From Oceanispirochaeta sp. (GTDB taxonomy: Bacteria > Spirochaetota > Spirochaetia > DSM-2461), in contig CAXXXD010000003.1 in the NCBI GenBank assembly GCA_963663385.2, positions 1,152,001-1,216,000 on the forward strand: a DNA stretch of 64,000 nucleotides, given 5' to 3'. The notes under the pieces are model-generated. The model ran no database searches. It was not told the origin of the DNA and was given only the letters and a program-made list of their open reading frames with translations. Below are positions 17,803 through 29,051 of this stretch, piece by piece (position 1 is the stretch's first letter; each line of letters begins with the position of its first letter). The position numbers were made by a program, and so were the translations under genes.

Positions 17803-18237
17803 ATTCAGTTAGGAAGCATTGCAGGCTGTCGGGGTGCAAAGTATACCCGGTCTGTACAGAAAGGGCTGGCTCTTTTTTTCAGTCAGGGTGAGCTGCAGAA
17901 GCACTTTAAAAAAATGAAAAAGAGGTATAAGGAGAAACAGTCTCTGTTTCTGACTATACTGGAAGCTACATTCGGAGAAAGTATAACCATATCGGGGATT
18001 GATACCGGTCTCTATCTTACAGTTTCTTTCAAGGGAGTAGAGTTTGACTCAAGGAGGGCTGATTTGGTGGAAAAGTCCGGTATCGTAGCAAATTATGTGT
18101 ATCGGCACTATTGGCCCTACAGGAGCGTATCCAGTGATCCCGGTATGATTCTCGGTTATGGTAATCTTGAAGAAGACGAAATGCGCCGGGGAATGGAAAC
18201 ATTGAGAAGCCTACTTCCGTCACTGACGGGAAAATGA
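17803..18237 (+). pseudogene. C-terminal remnant of a MocR/GabR-family (GntR-PLP) regulator
   Basis: Frame is open upstream of ATG 17914 (VQKGLALFFSQGELQKHFKKMKKRY), then ISGIDTGLYL and GMILGYGNL; in-frame stops near 17775 and 17800; no HTH or PLP-lysine region. Confidence 0.65.
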
Positions 18238-18252
18238 TATTTCATCCTCCAA

Positions 18253-18297
18253 TCCGGTCCAGCCTGTACTCCTCTGAGGGAGGCAGACTGGACCGGA
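18253..18297. terminator. GC-rich hairpin between convergent genes
   Basis: TCCGGTCCAG...CTGGACCGGA inverted repeat directly after the secA stop; no U tract. Confidence 0.55.
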
Positions 18298-18301
18298 GTG
18301 G

Positions 18302-21043
18302 TCAGGACCCGCAGCAGTTTTTATATTTCTTTCCGCTTCCGCAGGGACACGGTTCGTTCCGTCCAACCTTGGGAGCGGCTCTTCTTATCTGCATCTTCTG
18401 AGCATTAGCCTCACTTCTTTCGCCGGATCTCCCTGCTGCAAAGCTGTTTACCGCGCTGTGGGACGCCTGAATAGGACGGCTGCCGGCCTGACGGTACCTG
18501 TCATCACTGGCTTTTCGTACCTTAACCCGGTATATTTTACGGGCCAGGGCAATCCTCATATCATCAATCAGCTGATCAAAAATCTGAAACCCTTCGTTTT
18601 TGTATTCTACCAGGGGGTTTTTCTGGGCATAAGACCTTAGGTAAACAGCTTCACGCAGGGCTTCCAGGTTTTCAAGGTGTTCCTGCCACCGGTTATCCAG
18701 ATTTTTGAGGTACTCAAAGCGGATAAACTGATTCAGCTGTTCAGAACCAACCAGATCTTTTTTCTCTTCAAGATCCTTCTTCAGGACGTTTATGAGATGA
18801 GATTCCCACTCTTCCTCAGGGATTTCTGTAATAGCTGAAGCTTTATCTTCATTGGAATAATTAAAATTTTCCTTTAAACGGTTCAATAGCCGGGGGAGGG
18901 CATCATCGCCCCTTTTATTATCGGATCTGTAGTCCTCCATCAGTATTCCGACAATTTCTTCACCTGTCTCCTGAATCTTTTCGGTTAAATCGACAGTGGA
19001 AAGTATTTCATCTCTCTGTTCATAGATATAGGTTCGCTGTTTGCTCAAAACATCATCGTAGTCCAATAAATGTTTACGGATCTCATAGTTCCTGTCCTCA
19101 ACCCGTTTCTGAGCTCTTTCGAGGGAGCGGTTAATCAGAGCGTGGTGAAGGGGCTCGTCTCCCTCCATCCCCAGTCTGGACATGGTATTTTTAAAGTTCT
19201 CTCCGCCAAAGAGCCGCATCAGATCATCATCCAGGGAAATATAAAACTGGGAATACCCGGGATCGCCCTGACGTCCGGAACGACCGCGAAGCTGATTGTC
19301 AATACGACGGGATTCATGCCTTTCCGAACCAATAACATAAAGACCGCCCAATTGCCGGACTTCTTCATTCTGAGCCCGCCATTTTCGGGTCTCTTCTTTT
19401 ATAAGCGCCTTAATTTCTTCATCTCCGGCATCAGATCCGGCTTTTCTTATGGCTCTGGATTCGGGATTTCCCCCCAGCTTTATATCCGTACCGCGTCCAG
19501 CCATATTGGTGGCTATGGTTATGGAACCTTTTGCACCGGCTTCGGCAATGATCAGGGCTTCTCTATGGTGGTTTTTGGCATTCAGGATCTCATGTTTAAT
19601 ACCTCTGTGTTTCAAAACCTGGGAAAGCTTTTCCGATTTTTCTACAGAAACCGTACCAACGAGAATAGGCTGACCCTTTTCATGGACTTCGGCTATCCTA
19701 TCGCAGATGGCATTGAACTTGTAATCTTCATTTAAATAGATGACATCATCAGCATCTATACGATTAACAGGGCGGTTGGTCGGAATAACCACTACTTCCA
19801 GACCGTAAATCTTGCCGAATTCCCGGGCTTCCGTATCGGCTGTACCGGTCATTCCGGAGATCTTGTCGTACATTCTGAAAAAGTTCTGAAAGGTAATACT
19901 GGCCAGGGTTCTGTTCTTTTTTGCAATCTTTATATTTTCTTTTGCTTCAATAGCCTGGTGCAGTCCGTCGGAATACCGTCGACCGGTCAGAACACGTCCT
20001 GTAAACTCATCAACAATCTGAACTGCGCCATCCTGAATCACATAATCCACATCATTATGAAAGAGGTGGTGGGCTTTCATGGCCTGAGTAAAGTAGTGAA
20101 TGTATTCGAAGTTTTCCTCTTCGAAGAGGGATTCGGTTATTAGTTTTCTGGATTGAAGGAGCCGTTCGATATTGTTCATACCTTCATCGGTAAAAACAAC
20201 TTTTTTACTCTTCTCATCCAGTTTATAATCTCCCTTGGGTTGAACTCCTGTTATGGGATCTTCAAGGGGATAATCACCGGTTTGCGGATCTTTCTCACAT
20301 TCCTTTAAAAAGGATACAAGTTGATTCACCTGGGAAAATTTGCTGGTATCGTCCTGTATGGGACCGGAAATAATCAAAGGCGTTCTGGCTTCATCAATTA
20401 AGATACTGTCAATTTCATCAATAATACAGAAAGGGTGGTTTTTCTGGGCCTTTTTATCCAGACTCCAGCGCATATTATCTCTGAGGTAGTCAAATCCGAA
20501 CTCATTATTTGTTCCGAATGTAATGTCCCGTCCGTACTCTACCTGCCTTCTTTCGGGATCCATTTCGGAGAGGATAACTCCCACACTGATTCCCAGGTAG
20601 TCATAGACCGGTTTCATCCAGGCCGCATCACGGGATGCCAGGTAGTCATTAACAGTTATTATATGAACACCTTTCCCTGCCAGAGCATTCAGATAAGCCG
20701 GGGCAACACTGGAAAGGGTTTTACCCTCACCGGTCTTCATTTCCATAATCTTACCCTGATGCAGGACGATACCGCCCAATAGCTGAACATCATAGGGCCG
20801 TTCCCCCAGTGTTCTCCGGGCCGCTTCCCGGCAGAGGGCGAAAGCCTCAGGCAGGATGTCATCAAGAGATTCCCCGTCTGATAAGCGTTTCTTAAAAGAA
20901 AGGGTCTGTTCCTTAAAAGCCTCGACAGGCATACCAATGGCCCACTGCTCTTTTGCATTTATAGCATGTAATATCGGAAGTAGTTGTTTTAGATCTTTAT
21001 CCTGCTTTGTACCCAGGAAAAGTGACAATATCTTATTAATCAT
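18302..21043 (-). CDS. secA: Preprotein translocase ATPase SecA
   Basis: [63 protein letters not shown] 21043 preferred over 21148. Confidence 0.98.
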   Translation of the reverse strand: MINKILSLFLGTKQDKDLKQLLPILHAINAKEQWAIGMPVEAFKEQTLSFKKRLSDGESLDDILPEAFALCREAARRTLGERPYDVQLLGGIVLHQGKIMEMKTGEGKTLSSVAPAYLNALAGKGVHIITVNDYLASRDAAWMKPVYDYLGISVGVILSEMDPERRQVEYGRDITFGTNNEFGFDYLRDNMRWSLDKKAQKNHPFCIIDEIDSILIDEARTPLIISGPIQDDTSKFSQVNQLVSFLKECEKDPQTGDYPLEDPITGVQPKGDYKLDEKSKKVVFTDEGMNNIERLLQSRKLITESLFEEENFEYIHYFTQAMKAHHLFHNDVDYVIQDGAVQIVDEFTGRVLTGRRYSDGLHQAIEAKENIKIAKKNRTLASITFQNFFRMYDKISGMTGTADTEAREFGKIYGLEVVVIPTNRPVNRIDADDVIYLNEDYKFNAICDRIAEVHEKGQPILVGTVSVEKSEKLSQVLKHRGIKHEILNAKNHHREALIIAEAGAKGSITIATNMAGRGTDIKLGGNPESRAIRKAGSDAGDEEIKALIKEETRKWRAQNEEVRQLGGLYVIGSERHESRRIDNQLRGRSGRQGDPGYSQFYISLDDDLMRLFGGENFKNTMSRLGMEGDEPLHHALINRSLERAQKRVEDRNYEIRKHLLDYDDVLSKQRTYIYEQRDEILSTVDLTEKIQETGEEIVGILMEDYRSDNKRGDDALPRLLNRLKENFNYSNEDKASAITEIPEEEWESHLINVLKKDLEEKKDLVGSEQLNQFIRFEYLKNLDNRWQEHLENLEALREAVYLRSYAQKNPLVEYKNEGFQIFDQLIDDMRIALARKIYRVKVRKASDDRYRQAGSRPIQASHSAVNSFAAGRSGERSEANAQKMQIRRAAPKVGRNEPCPCGSGKKYKNCCGS

Positions 21044-21049
21044 GGAACA

Positions 21050-21078
21050 AATGTACGGCTTTTCTGCCGGGTCGTCAA
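21050..21078 (-). promoter_or_regulatory. Sigma70-type promoter of secA
   Basis: TTGACG-N17-TACATT; ATG lies 6 nt after the -10 box. Confidence 0.65.
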
Positions 21079-21080
21079 GA

Positions 21081-21109
21081 TTGACATTCAGAACATGGGC
21101 GTGTAGGAT
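21081..21109 (+). promoter_or_regulatory. Sigma70-type promoter of the divergent lipoprotein operon
   Basis: TTGACA-N17-TAGGAT. Confidence 0.65.
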
Positions 21110-21153
21110 ATTTTTAATTATAAGCCTGATAGGACAGGAGTTGTTCACAGTTG

Positions 21154-22323
21154 ATGACCAGATTAAAAACCGTATCGATTTTACTGCTTGGCGTTTTTAT
21201 TTTATTCTCCTGCCGATCCGAGAATAAACTGCTTGAAAAAGAAGATCTTTTTGTCATTCCCATGGGTGTTATGGCTGATGAACTGGACTATTTCTATCGA
21301 TCAAACTCTCTTTTACCCGGAGAAAGCGATTTATATGTAAAAAACGGACGTATTTTTCTGACAAGCAGTCACGCCGGTAAAATCATGGAAATGAATTCCT
21401 ACGGAGACCTCCTGAGTCTTATTTACAATCCGGAAAAAAATCCTGAACCATCACACTATCATAAGCAGGATAACAAGGAAGAAAACCTGATCCGGATTAA
21501 AAAATGGAATTTCCGCAATATAGAGCATATAGCTGTTACTGATGAGGGGATGCTGATTGTCGATCAGGTGGATGAGAATCTTTCCACCCTGACAGATAGG
21601 GGCCTGTATAACCGTATAATCCTCCGTTTTAACAGTGATGGTGAATATAGCGATTCTCTGGGGCAGGAGGGGATCAACGGAACCCCGTTTGCCTATATTC
21701 AGGATTTGCAGATTACGGAACGGGGTGATGTTGTTGTCATTTCACAGTCCGCTTCGGACAATACGGTTTCATGGTTCTCCTCAAAAGGACAACTGCTGTA
21801 TAAAGTAATTCTTGATAAGGATCATCTCCCGGTCATCGAAGAGGAGGGCTGGAGTATTGGTCAGGCCGAAAAAATTTCTGCAGACCTCACTGATTATAAA
21901 CTCTATATCAAGGTGGGGTATTTCCCTTTGAGTGATTCTCCGGATCAGATAGCTCTCAGTCGGCTTTATACCCTTGACCTGCAGGCTGAAGAGTATACCG
22001 GTTATTTCGATGTCCCAAGATTCGAAATTGAATTGGGGGAGCAGGTAATAGAAGGGGTTAATGAATACCTTGGAACCGTATCCGGGGGGCTTCATTTTTT
22101 CCTGGGATCAAATTACAGCGGTAGATACTATCTGACTGTTATGGATGAAAAAGGCGCTGTAAAAACAAACCGTGTTCTTCGTATTGAGGATCAGGATATA
22201 ATCTATAAAAAACTGTTTCTTGATCCCAGCGGCCTGCTGGCTGCGGTTTTCTACGAAGAAAAGGGGGCGCGTTTATCCTGGTGGCGGGCTGATCGAATTG
22301 TAGAGCGGTATGCGGAAGATTAA
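21154..22323 (+). CDS. Lipoprotein, probable beta-propeller (resembles spirochaete LIC_12708-like proteins)
   Basis: Lipobox LFSC; AGGAG upstream; [12 protein letters not shown] and [11 protein letters not shown] motifs; family name from recall only. Confidence 0.65.
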   Translation: MTRLKTVSILLLGVFILFSCRSENKLLEKEDLFVIPMGVMADELDYFYRSNSLLPGESDLYVKNGRIFLTSSHAGKIMEMNSYGDLLSLIYNPEKNPEPSHYHKQDNKEENLIRIKKWNFRNIEHIAVTDEGMLIVDQVDENLSTLTDRGLYNRIILRFNSDGEYSDSLGQEGINGTPFAYIQDLQITERGDVVVISQSASDNTVSWFSSKGQLLYKVILDKDHLPVIEEEGWSIGQAEKISADLTDYKLYIKVGYFPLSDSPDQIALSRLYTLDLQAEEYTGYFDVPRFEIELGEQVIEGVNEYLGTVSGGLHFFLGSNYSGRYYLTVMDEKGAVKTNRVLRIEDQDIIYKKLFLDPSGLLAAVFYEEKGARLSWWRADRIVERYAED

Positions 22324-22813
22324 TAGGGGCCCTGAAACATTTTCTCCCGGTGACCTTCATTCTGAATACTCAAGGGAGGAACGGGAGCGGATCAGCCGTT
22401 TTACCGATGGGCGTCACAGTACACATAGAAAAATGGGATTTCAGAAAATCCTTCTGTTTGACCTTTTGTTTCTTTTTATAATCGGCGGGATTATCGTTCC
22501 TTTTATTGTGAATCGGAATATGAAAGGCCGTATTGAGTCTCTTGCATTTAGAATGGAACTGAGAAGAGACGAATCGGATCTTCTGATTTCTTTAAAAATA
22601 CGGAATTCCGAAAGTCTTTCCGCAGTGGATCAGTTCATCTACCTTGAATTAAGCCCGGGAGAGTATGAGTCCGTGTATTTCGAAGAGCTTCCTCCTCCTG
22701 CAGGGGAGGAACGGGTTATTCGTTACAGATTGGAGAATATTGATGATCCCCTCGGGATCTATTATCGTATTACCTGGAAAGAGACAAGCATCCGGTTAAG
22801 CGGAAAATTATAA
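22310..22813 (+). CDS. Hypothetical single-pass membrane protein
   Basis: One hydrophobic segment (ILLFDLLFLFIIGGIIVPFIV); overlaps the upstream stop. Confidence 0.7.
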   Translation: MRKINRGPETFSPGDLHSEYSREERERISRFTDGRHSTHRKMGFQKILLFDLLFLFIIGGIIVPFIVNRNMKGRIESLAFRMELRRDESDLLISLKIRNSESLSAVDQFIYLELSPGEYESVYFEELPPPAGEERVIRYRLENIDDPLGIYYRITWKETSIRLSGKL

Positions 22814-22819
22814 AAAAAG

Positions 22820-22848
22820 TTGACTGATATTTTTCAATTGAATATGAT
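22820..22848 (+). promoter_or_regulatory. Sigma70-type promoter
   Basis: TTGACT-N17-TATGAT. Confidence 0.6.
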
Positions 22849-22896
22849 TTTATTATCAGCTTTCGGAAACGAAACTGGTTGGGAGGATAATTTATC

Positions 22897-23307
22897 ATGC
22901 AGATTTACTTTTTGGTTGTTATTACGCATATCCTGTCCGGATTAGTCTTGAGCGGCGCTTTCCTGTCAGAAAAATTCCCCGGGTTTGGTCCCTGTAATGT
23001 GATGATGCAGAATACCAGATTTAAACTTGTCCTTGGAATCATAACAGTGCTGTCTGCGCTTTTTACCCTACTTGTTAAAGTCTCTCCGGCAGATGTGATT
23101 ATCCTGGGTGATCTTCTCCCGGCATTTTCAGGTGCTTTAATGGGTTCGTATCTGATAATGTCATTCTTCTATGACAGCCTTGAAGAGACCAGAAGCTGGA
23201 TGAAAAGCTTTGTGGATTTAATGGAGGATAGGGGCTTTATTTTTGGATTAGCCGGATTGATCATCGGCCTTATTCATTTTCTTGTTCCGACTGCCATCAT
23301 CCTGTAA
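22897..23307 (+). CDS. Hypothetical 4-TM membrane protein
   Basis: GGGAGG SD; four hydrophobic helices; ILGDLLPA motif. Confidence 0.75.
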   Translation: MQIYFLVVITHILSGLVLSGAFLSEKFPGFGPCNVMMQNTRFKLVLGIITVLSALFTLLVKVSPADVIILGDLLPAFSGALMGSYLIMSFFYDSLEETRSWMKSFVDLMEDRGFIFGLAGLIIGLIHFLVPTAIIL

Positions 23308-23308
23308 T

Positions 23309-23707
23309 ATGAAAAAGTACCAATCCATTGCCGGTCTGGCAGAAAGAAACGGACTCTATTTTCTGGCAAAAAGAAAACCCGGCGGGGATTTGGGAGGTTT
23401 ATGGGAACTGCCCGGCGGGAAACTTGAAGAGGGCGAAAGCCCTTCCCAGGCTATGGAACGGGAGTGGATGGAAGAGCTGGAGATAAAGGTCTCAACCGGT
23501 GTCCTCCTTGGAAGCAGTTGTTTTACCCATCATGATAAGGATTTTATTCTGGAACTCTATCAGGTAAGTTTTTCCAGGCAGGATATGCATCTGAATGAAC
23601 ATGTGGAAACCGGCTGGTTCTCAAAAGCGGAGATAGATAAACTGGATCTGGCCGATTCGGATAGAATGGTATTATCAAAAATTTGGCCGGAGATTTCTCC
23701 GGCCTGA
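23309..23707 (+). CDS. MutT-like NUDIX hydrolase
   Basis: WELPGGKLEEGES...AMEREWMEEL Nudix box; ATG 23309. Confidence 0.88.
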   Translation: MKKYQSIAGLAERNGLYFLAKRKPGGDLGGLWELPGGKLEEGESPSQAMEREWMEELEIKVSTGVLLGSSCFTHHDKDFILELYQVSFSRQDMHLNEHVETGWFSKAEIDKLDLADSDRMVLSKIWPEISPA

Positions 23708-23730
23708 ATATCCTAATAAACGGGAACTAT

Positions 23731-24156
23731 TCAGGGTTCCCTTCTGATCTGAAAATTTTCAATCTCATTTACTTCTATATCTTTATAACGTCCGGTAGAA
23801 CCCTTACCAGTAAAATAATAGATCAGATCATCCATATCATCCTGTCCGGTTACAAGTGAGTAACGGACGTAACACTCTCCCTGTTCTATCTCTTTCCGGT
23901 AGGGATTGAAACCCATATAAAGAGGATCAATCAATTCCCGTATCCGGTTACGGAGTCCGCCATAAAAAGCACGTTCGACCATAATCAGATCCAGTTTTTT
24001 TCCGTTTTTCATAAAAATCTGAAAGACTCCCCCGTCTGATGGAACGATTCCATGAATCAGGAAGCGATCCATCAGAATAAAAGGGGACCAGGTTACTGAA
24101 AAACAAGCTATGCCCCTGCGTATATGAGAAAGATTCGTACAGTATTTTTCCAGCAT
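23731..24156 (-). CDS. Hypothetical protein coupled to glgC
   Basis: TGATG overlap with the glgC stop; about 141 aa. Confidence 0.65.
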   Translation of the reverse strand: MLEKYCTNLSHIRRGIACFSVTWSPFILMDRFLIHGIVPSDGGVFQIFMKNGKKLDLIMVERAFYGGLRNRIRELIDPLYMGFNPYRKEIEQGECYVRYSLVTGQDDMDDLIYYFTGKGSTGRYKDIEVNEIENFQIRREP

Positions 24157-25433
24157 CAAATAACAGTTCCATCCGGAATAATGGCATTTTTGGGAATGAT
24201 AATAATACCATCCCTTATAAAATGAGTCTGTTTTTCCACATCTTCCCGAACGATATTATCAACACCGATACGGCACTCTTTTCCAATTTTCACATTTTTA
24301 TCAATAATGGCTTTACGAATCTGTGTTCCTTCACCAATTCCTATATCAGGGATTTTCAAATCCCTGTTTTTCTGTTTATCCCTTTCGGTCTCGTAAAAAT
24401 CCATTCCCATGGCGTATACCTGATCCAGGTTGGCTCCTTTGTGAATTATACTTCTGACTCCAAGGATCGAGTCGGTAATGGAGTCCGCGTTTATAATGGA
24501 TCCTTCCGTTGCCAGGGCTCTCTGGAAGTTACAGGAATTAATCTTGGATGCGGGCAGATCTCTTCTGTGACAGTAGATGGGATTTTCCTTATCGTAGAGA
24601 TTGAATTTAGGCCAGGGCTTGGCAAGATCAAGGTTCGATTCAAAGAAGTTGGGGATAGTTCCGATATCTTCCCAGTATCCCTTATAGATATGGGCTCTTA
24701 CCCTGGCTTTTTCTATCATCATGGGGATAACTTCCTTGCCGAAATCCGTAAAGTCATTATCCAATCCCCGGTCCATGGCCGACGCATTGAAAATATAAAT
24801 ACCCATTGATGCCAGATAATCTTTTCCCTCAGGTATATTCTCTTCCAGCTTTCTGGATTCGGGGATGCGGTATTCATCAATATTTTTCTCAGGACCCGGT
24901 TTTTCCAGAAACTGATTTATCTGTCCTTTATTATCCAGTTGAAGGATTCCCAGCTGATCCGCATCTTTGCGGGAAACAGGAGTGGACGCTATGGTTACAT
25001 CCGCACCGCTCTGCAAATGCTCTCTGAAGAATTCTTTCAAGTTCATTCTATACAACTGGTCTCCCGAGAGTATCATATAATGGGTTGGTTTATGGGAATG
25101 AAAATGGTAGGTATTCTGCCTTACCGCATCGGCGGTACCCATATACCATTCCGAATTCTCAAAGGTCTGTTCCGCCGCAAGCACTTCAACGAATCCACCG
25201 GCAAATGAATCAAAACGGTAGGTTGAGCTGATATGAAAATGGAGGGATGCCGTATTAAACTGAGTTAGAATATAAATATTTCTGAATTTGGAATTAATAC
25301 AGTTGGAAATGGGGATGTCCACCAGCCGGTATTTTCCACCGAAGGGAACAGCCGGTTTGGCTCTTTCCTTCGTTAACGGATAGAGTCTGGTTCCTTTACC
25401 TCCCCCCAGGATTACACTTAAAATTTCAGCCAT
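24156..25433 (-). CDS. glgC: Glucose-1-phosphate adenylyltransferase
   Basis: LGGGKGTRLYPLTKERAKPAVPFGGKYRL, GTADAVRQ, DFGKEVIP. Confidence 0.96.
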   Translation of the reverse strand: MAEILSVILGGGKGTRLYPLTKERAKPAVPFGGKYRLVDIPISNCINSKFRNIYILTQFNTASLHFHISSTYRFDSFAGGFVEVLAAEQTFENSEWYMGTADAVRQNTYHFHSHKPTHYMILSGDQLYRMNLKEFFREHLQSGADVTIASTPVSRKDADQLGILQLDNKGQINQFLEKPGPEKNIDEYRIPESRKLEENIPEGKDYLASMGIYIFNASAMDRGLDNDFTDFGKEVIPMMIEKARVRAHIYKGYWEDIGTIPNFFESNLDLAKPWPKFNLYDKENPIYCHRRDLPASKINSCNFQRALATEGSIINADSITDSILGVRSIIHKGANLDQVYAMGMDFYETERDKQKNRDLKIPDIGIGEGTQIRKAIIDKNVKIGKECRIGVDNIVREDVEKQTHFIRDGIIIIPKNAIIPDGTVI

Positions 25434-25581
25434 GTTATTCTCTCCTTAAATGTACGGGGGCTATATTATGCATTATGCTTTTTACCCTGTTCTGATGCGG
25501 GAATGAATTGTCCCGTTTTAATTATTATAATTCCTGATGATTATAGGTCAAGGAACTTTTAAAATATGTTAAGGTAATTTC

Positions 25582-27903
25582 ATGAGTGATATGCGCCAGT
25601 ACCTTGATGATTTGCGTAGAAGCAGATCTTTTAATGAGAATGTAACACGCTGGGAAGTTCTCCCGCCCCGAAAGGGTCAATATCGTTCCCTGCCGGAAGA
25701 TCTGCCTGATGTTGTAAAGAAATCTCTGGAGAATAAAGGTATCAACCGGCTCTATTGTCATCAGGCTGATTGTTATGAAGCGGCAGGAAGGGGTGAAAAC
25801 CTCTGTGTCGTCACTCCCACCGCATCTGGTAAAACCCTCTGTTACAATCTGCCCGTTTTGAAAACACTGCTGGAGGATTCCGAATCACGGGCTCTTTATC
25901 TGTTTCCCACAAAAGCACTGAGCCAGGACCAGCAGTCTGCTCTGAACGATATTGTACTGGGTGATGATATTCCCGTAAAAATCTGTACTTACGACGGGGA
26001 TACGCCGGGGTCCCTCCGCATGGCCGCCAGAAAATCCGGGAGGATTATTATTTCCAATCCGGATATGCTCCATTCGGGCATACTTCCCAATCATCCCAAG
26101 TGGACTGATTTCTTTAAGTCCCTGAAATTCATCGTACTGGATGAAGTCCACACATACCGTGGCGTTTTCGGTTCCCATATGACAAACCTGCTGCGGCGAC
26201 TGAAAAGGATCGCCGCCTTTTATGGAAGCGATCCCCAGTTCATCTGCTGCAGCGCCACCATCGGAAATCCGGGAGAACTGGCTCAGGCTATTATTGAAAA
26301 ACCTGTAACCCTGGTGGACAGAAACGGGGCGCCTTCGGGAGAGAAGCATCTTATTTTCTATAACCCCCCTCTGGTGGATGAAGTGCAGGGGATTCGCAAA
26401 GGGGTTGTCAACACATCTCAGCAGCTGGCTGTGAGACTTCTGAAAGCGGGTATAAAAACAATTGTATTTTCCCGTTCCCGGGTAAAAACGGAGCTGGTGG
26501 CATCCTATATCAATAAAAAGCTGAGCAATATCTACAACGAGAACAACCGTGTAAAAGTCGAGTCCTACCGCGGGGGGTATCTGCCGGGAGAAAGACGGAA
26601 AATAGAAAAAGAACTCCGTGATGGAACCATTCAGGGTGTTGTTTCCACCAATGCTCTGGAACTTGGGATTGATATCGGAGGGCTTGATGCTGCTGTACTG
26701 GCGGGGTTCCCCGGTTCCATAGCTTCATCCTGGCAGCAGGCCGGACGGGCGGGACGAACAAGCGAACTGTCTCTGGCCATATTCGTGGCCTCCAGTTCTC
26801 CTGTCGACCAGTATCTTGTTCAGAATCCTGAATATTTTTTCGGGGCCAACCCCGAATCGGGCTTTGTAGATCCGGATAACCTCTTTATTCTGCTGGATCA
26901 TCTGAAGTGCGCTTCATTTGAAATCCCCTTCCGGAAAGGGGAAGGCTTCCCGGGTGATGTAAGCTCTTTGCTGGGGTATCTTGAAGAGAATGGGGTCCTG
27001 CGTTTTACAGGGAACAGCTGGTACTGGGCGGACCGGTCCTATCCTTCAGAGGGTATATCCCTGCGAACCGGTGCTTCTGAAAATGTAGTTATAATTGATA
27101 CCACCAAAGGACGTCACAATGTTATCGGGGAAATGGACAGTCATTCCGCCCGGGAACTTATTTTCGAGGAGGCTGTTTATCTGCACAGGGGAGAGCAGTT
27201 TATCGTAAAGAAACTGGATCTGGAGAATCATCTCTGTTATATAGAGGAGTCGGGGGTAAACTACTATACCGATTCCATTCTTAAATCGGATATCAAGGTT
27301 CTGGAAGAGGATGGGGAGAGCGATAAATGGGGGCAGACCCTGATTCATTGCGATATCCTTCTGCGGAATGAAGTGTCCAAGTACAAAAAAATTAAATTTC
27401 AGACCCATGAGAACATCGGTTACGGTGATATATTTCTGCCGGAAGAAGAGATGCATACCAGGAGCGTATTTTTATCCCTGAAGCCGGGGACTCCAGCCGG
27501 GGATGCTTTTGCCATGATTCCCGATCTAATGCAGGCTCCGGTTCTTTCCAGGGTCTCCACGCTTATCAGGAATACGGCACCACTTTTCCTTCTATGCCGT
27601 CCAACGGATATCGGTGTTTCCGGTCGTGTACGGGATCCCCATTTTGAATGTTCCGGAGTGTTTATTTACGATACCTATCCGGGAGGGATAGGATTGGCTG
27701 ATAATTTTACGGAAAAAATGAAAGAGATTTTCAGGGCCGGTCTGGATCTGGTTACAGACTGTTCCTGCCGGGAAGGCTGTCCCTCCTGCGTCGGACCGGT
27801 TGATCAGCAGGATCAGTTTGATGCCAATCCCAGAATAATGACCAGGGATTTTTTGAGGATATGGCTGGAATCTGTTTCGAACGGGATTCCGGAGGAGCGA
27901 TGA
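25582..27903 (+). CDS. mrfA: DEAH helicase with C-terminal DUF1998 Cys domain (MrfA/YprA/Hrq1-like)
   Basis: TPTASGKT, FPTKAL, DEVH, SAT, ALELGIDIG, QQAGRAGR, CSCREGCPSC. Confidence 0.88.
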   Translation: MSDMRQYLDDLRRSRSFNENVTRWEVLPPRKGQYRSLPEDLPDVVKKSLENKGINRLYCHQADCYEAAGRGENLCVVTPTASGKTLCYNLPVLKTLLEDSESRALYLFPTKALSQDQQSALNDIVLGDDIPVKICTYDGDTPGSLRMAARKSGRIIISNPDMLHSGILPNHPKWTDFFKSLKFIVLDEVHTYRGVFGSHMTNLLRRLKRIAAFYGSDPQFICCSATIGNPGELAQAIIEKPVTLVDRNGAPSGEKHLIFYNPPLVDEVQGIRKGVVNTSQQLAVRLLKAGIKTIVFSRSRVKTELVASYINKKLSNIYNENNRVKVESYRGGYLPGERRKIEKELRDGTIQGVVSTNALELGIDIGGLDAAVLAGFPGSIASSWQQAGRAGRTSELSLAIFVASSSPVDQYLVQNPEYFFGANPESGFVDPDNLFILLDHLKCASFEIPFRKGEGFPGDVSSLLGYLEENGVLRFTGNSWYWADRSYPSEGISLRTGASENVVIIDTTKGRHNVIGEMDSHSARELIFEEAVYLHRGEQFIVKKLDLENHLCYIEESGVNYYTDSILKSDIKVLEEDGESDKWGQTLIHCDILLRNEVSKYKKIKFQTHENIGYGDIFLPEEEMHTRSVFLSLKPGTPAGDAFAMIPDLMQAPVLSRVSTLIRNTAPLFLLCRPTDIGVSGRVRDPHFECSGVFIYDTYPGGIGLADNFTEKMKEIFRAGLDLVTDCSCREGCPSCVGPVDQQDQFDANPRIMTRDFLRIWLESVSNGIPEER

Positions 27904-29051
27904 AACCGGATCTTTCTGCCAGGCTGAGCCGGCTGAAGAAAGGGAAAGCGCTTAATAGCAAAATGCTCCCAGTTTGCAAAGAGGACAGGACGACGAGTGA
28001 TATTCCCATCCCTGAAGGGTGGGAAGCTCTTGACCGGGATGTCTGGAAAAAAGAGTTATGGAGCGTTAACCCTCTGGCCGGGATGAAACTGTCCGGCTTA
28101 ATGGCGCCCTGTGATATCCCCATGGAGGACTGGCTTTTTTATGATACGGAAACGACAGGTCTTTCAGGAGGAGCGGGGAATACAGCCTTCCTGGTCGGTC
28201 TGGGGCGTGTCCGGGGAAATGAGTTTCTGACAACACAATATTTCCTGCGAGACTATCCGGGAGAACCCGTTCTGCTGGAACTGCTGAAAAGAGAACTGGA
28301 TAAGGCCGGTCTGTTTATTTCCTATAATGGTAAAACCTACGACAGTCACCTTCTGCAGACCCGTTTCCTGATGAATCGAATGCCCTTTCGTTTCGGGCCC
28401 CAGCTGGATCTTCTCTATCCGGTCAGACGTCTTTACAGAAGGACCCTGCCGGATTGCCGTCTGGGTACGACCGAAACTTTTTTATTGAACAAGCCCCGGC
28501 AGGGGGATATCCCCGGGAGTGAAATACCCGATATCTGGTTTAATTTTCTGAAAGATGGAAATGCTGATCTTCTATTGAAGGTATTCGAGCACAACAGACT
28601 GGATATTGTCCGTATGGCGGATCTTCTGGCTGTTCTGGAAGAGCAGCTGAGCTATCCGGATAGACAATGTCCCTACCGTGATCTCTTTGCCCTGGGGCGC
28701 TTTCTGCTGGAACAGGGTAGTCCTATGGGAGAGTCCGTAATGGAGCAGGCCCTGCGGAAGGGAGATCCCCGGGCGGAAACCTATCTTTCGGTCTACTGGA
28801 AACGAAAAGGAGAGTGGGGTAAAGCAGTAAAAATCTGGCGGAATATTTTACAGAAACGTCCGGGCTATTTTGCCGGGGTGGAACTGGCTAAATACCTTGA
28901 ACACAGGGATAAATCCCCAGAAGAAGCCCTTGTCCTGGTAGAGTATATGATCCGCAATCTTCCCTTGAGGGATCCTGCCAAAAAATCAGAGCTTCAGCAC
29001 CGGCGCAGGCGGCTTATTGAAAAAACACGAAAAGGGTACGAAAATAGGTAA
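27900..29051 (+). CDS. mrfB: RNase H-like DEDDh exonuclease with C-terminal TPR-like helices (MrfB/YprB-like)
   Basis: FYDTETTGL, YNGKTYD, HNRLDI; GGAGGAG SD; ATGA overlap with the helicase. Confidence 0.82.
   Translation: MKPDLSARLSRLKKGKALNSKMLPVCKEDRTTSDIPIPEGWEALDRDVWKKELWSVNPLAGMKLSGLMAPCDIPMEDWLFYDTETTGLSGGAGNTAFLVGLGRVRGNEFLTTQYFLRDYPGEPVLLELLKRELDKAGLFISYNGKTYDSHLLQTRFLMNRMPFRFGPQLDLLYPVRRLYRRTLPDCRLGTTETFLLNKPRQGDIPGSEIPDIWFNFLKDGNADLLLKVFEHNRLDIVRMADLLAVLEEQLSYPDRQCPYRDLFALGRFLLEQGSPMGESVMEQALRKGDPRAETYLSVYWKRKGEWGKAVKIWRNILQKRPGYFAGVELAKYLEHRDKSPEEALVLVEYMIRNLPLRDPAKKSELQHRRRRLIEKTRKGYENR

Noticed and set aside
21044..21148. 35 aa N-terminal extension of SecA in the ORF track
   Set aside because: It runs across both divergent promoters and is not SecA-like; ATG 21043 gives a normal N-terminus
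25582..27903. DISARM or Druantia anti-phage helicase
   Set aside because: Helicase and DUF1998 are fused and followed by a YprB-like exonuclease, with no methylase or other defence genes; MrfAB fits better
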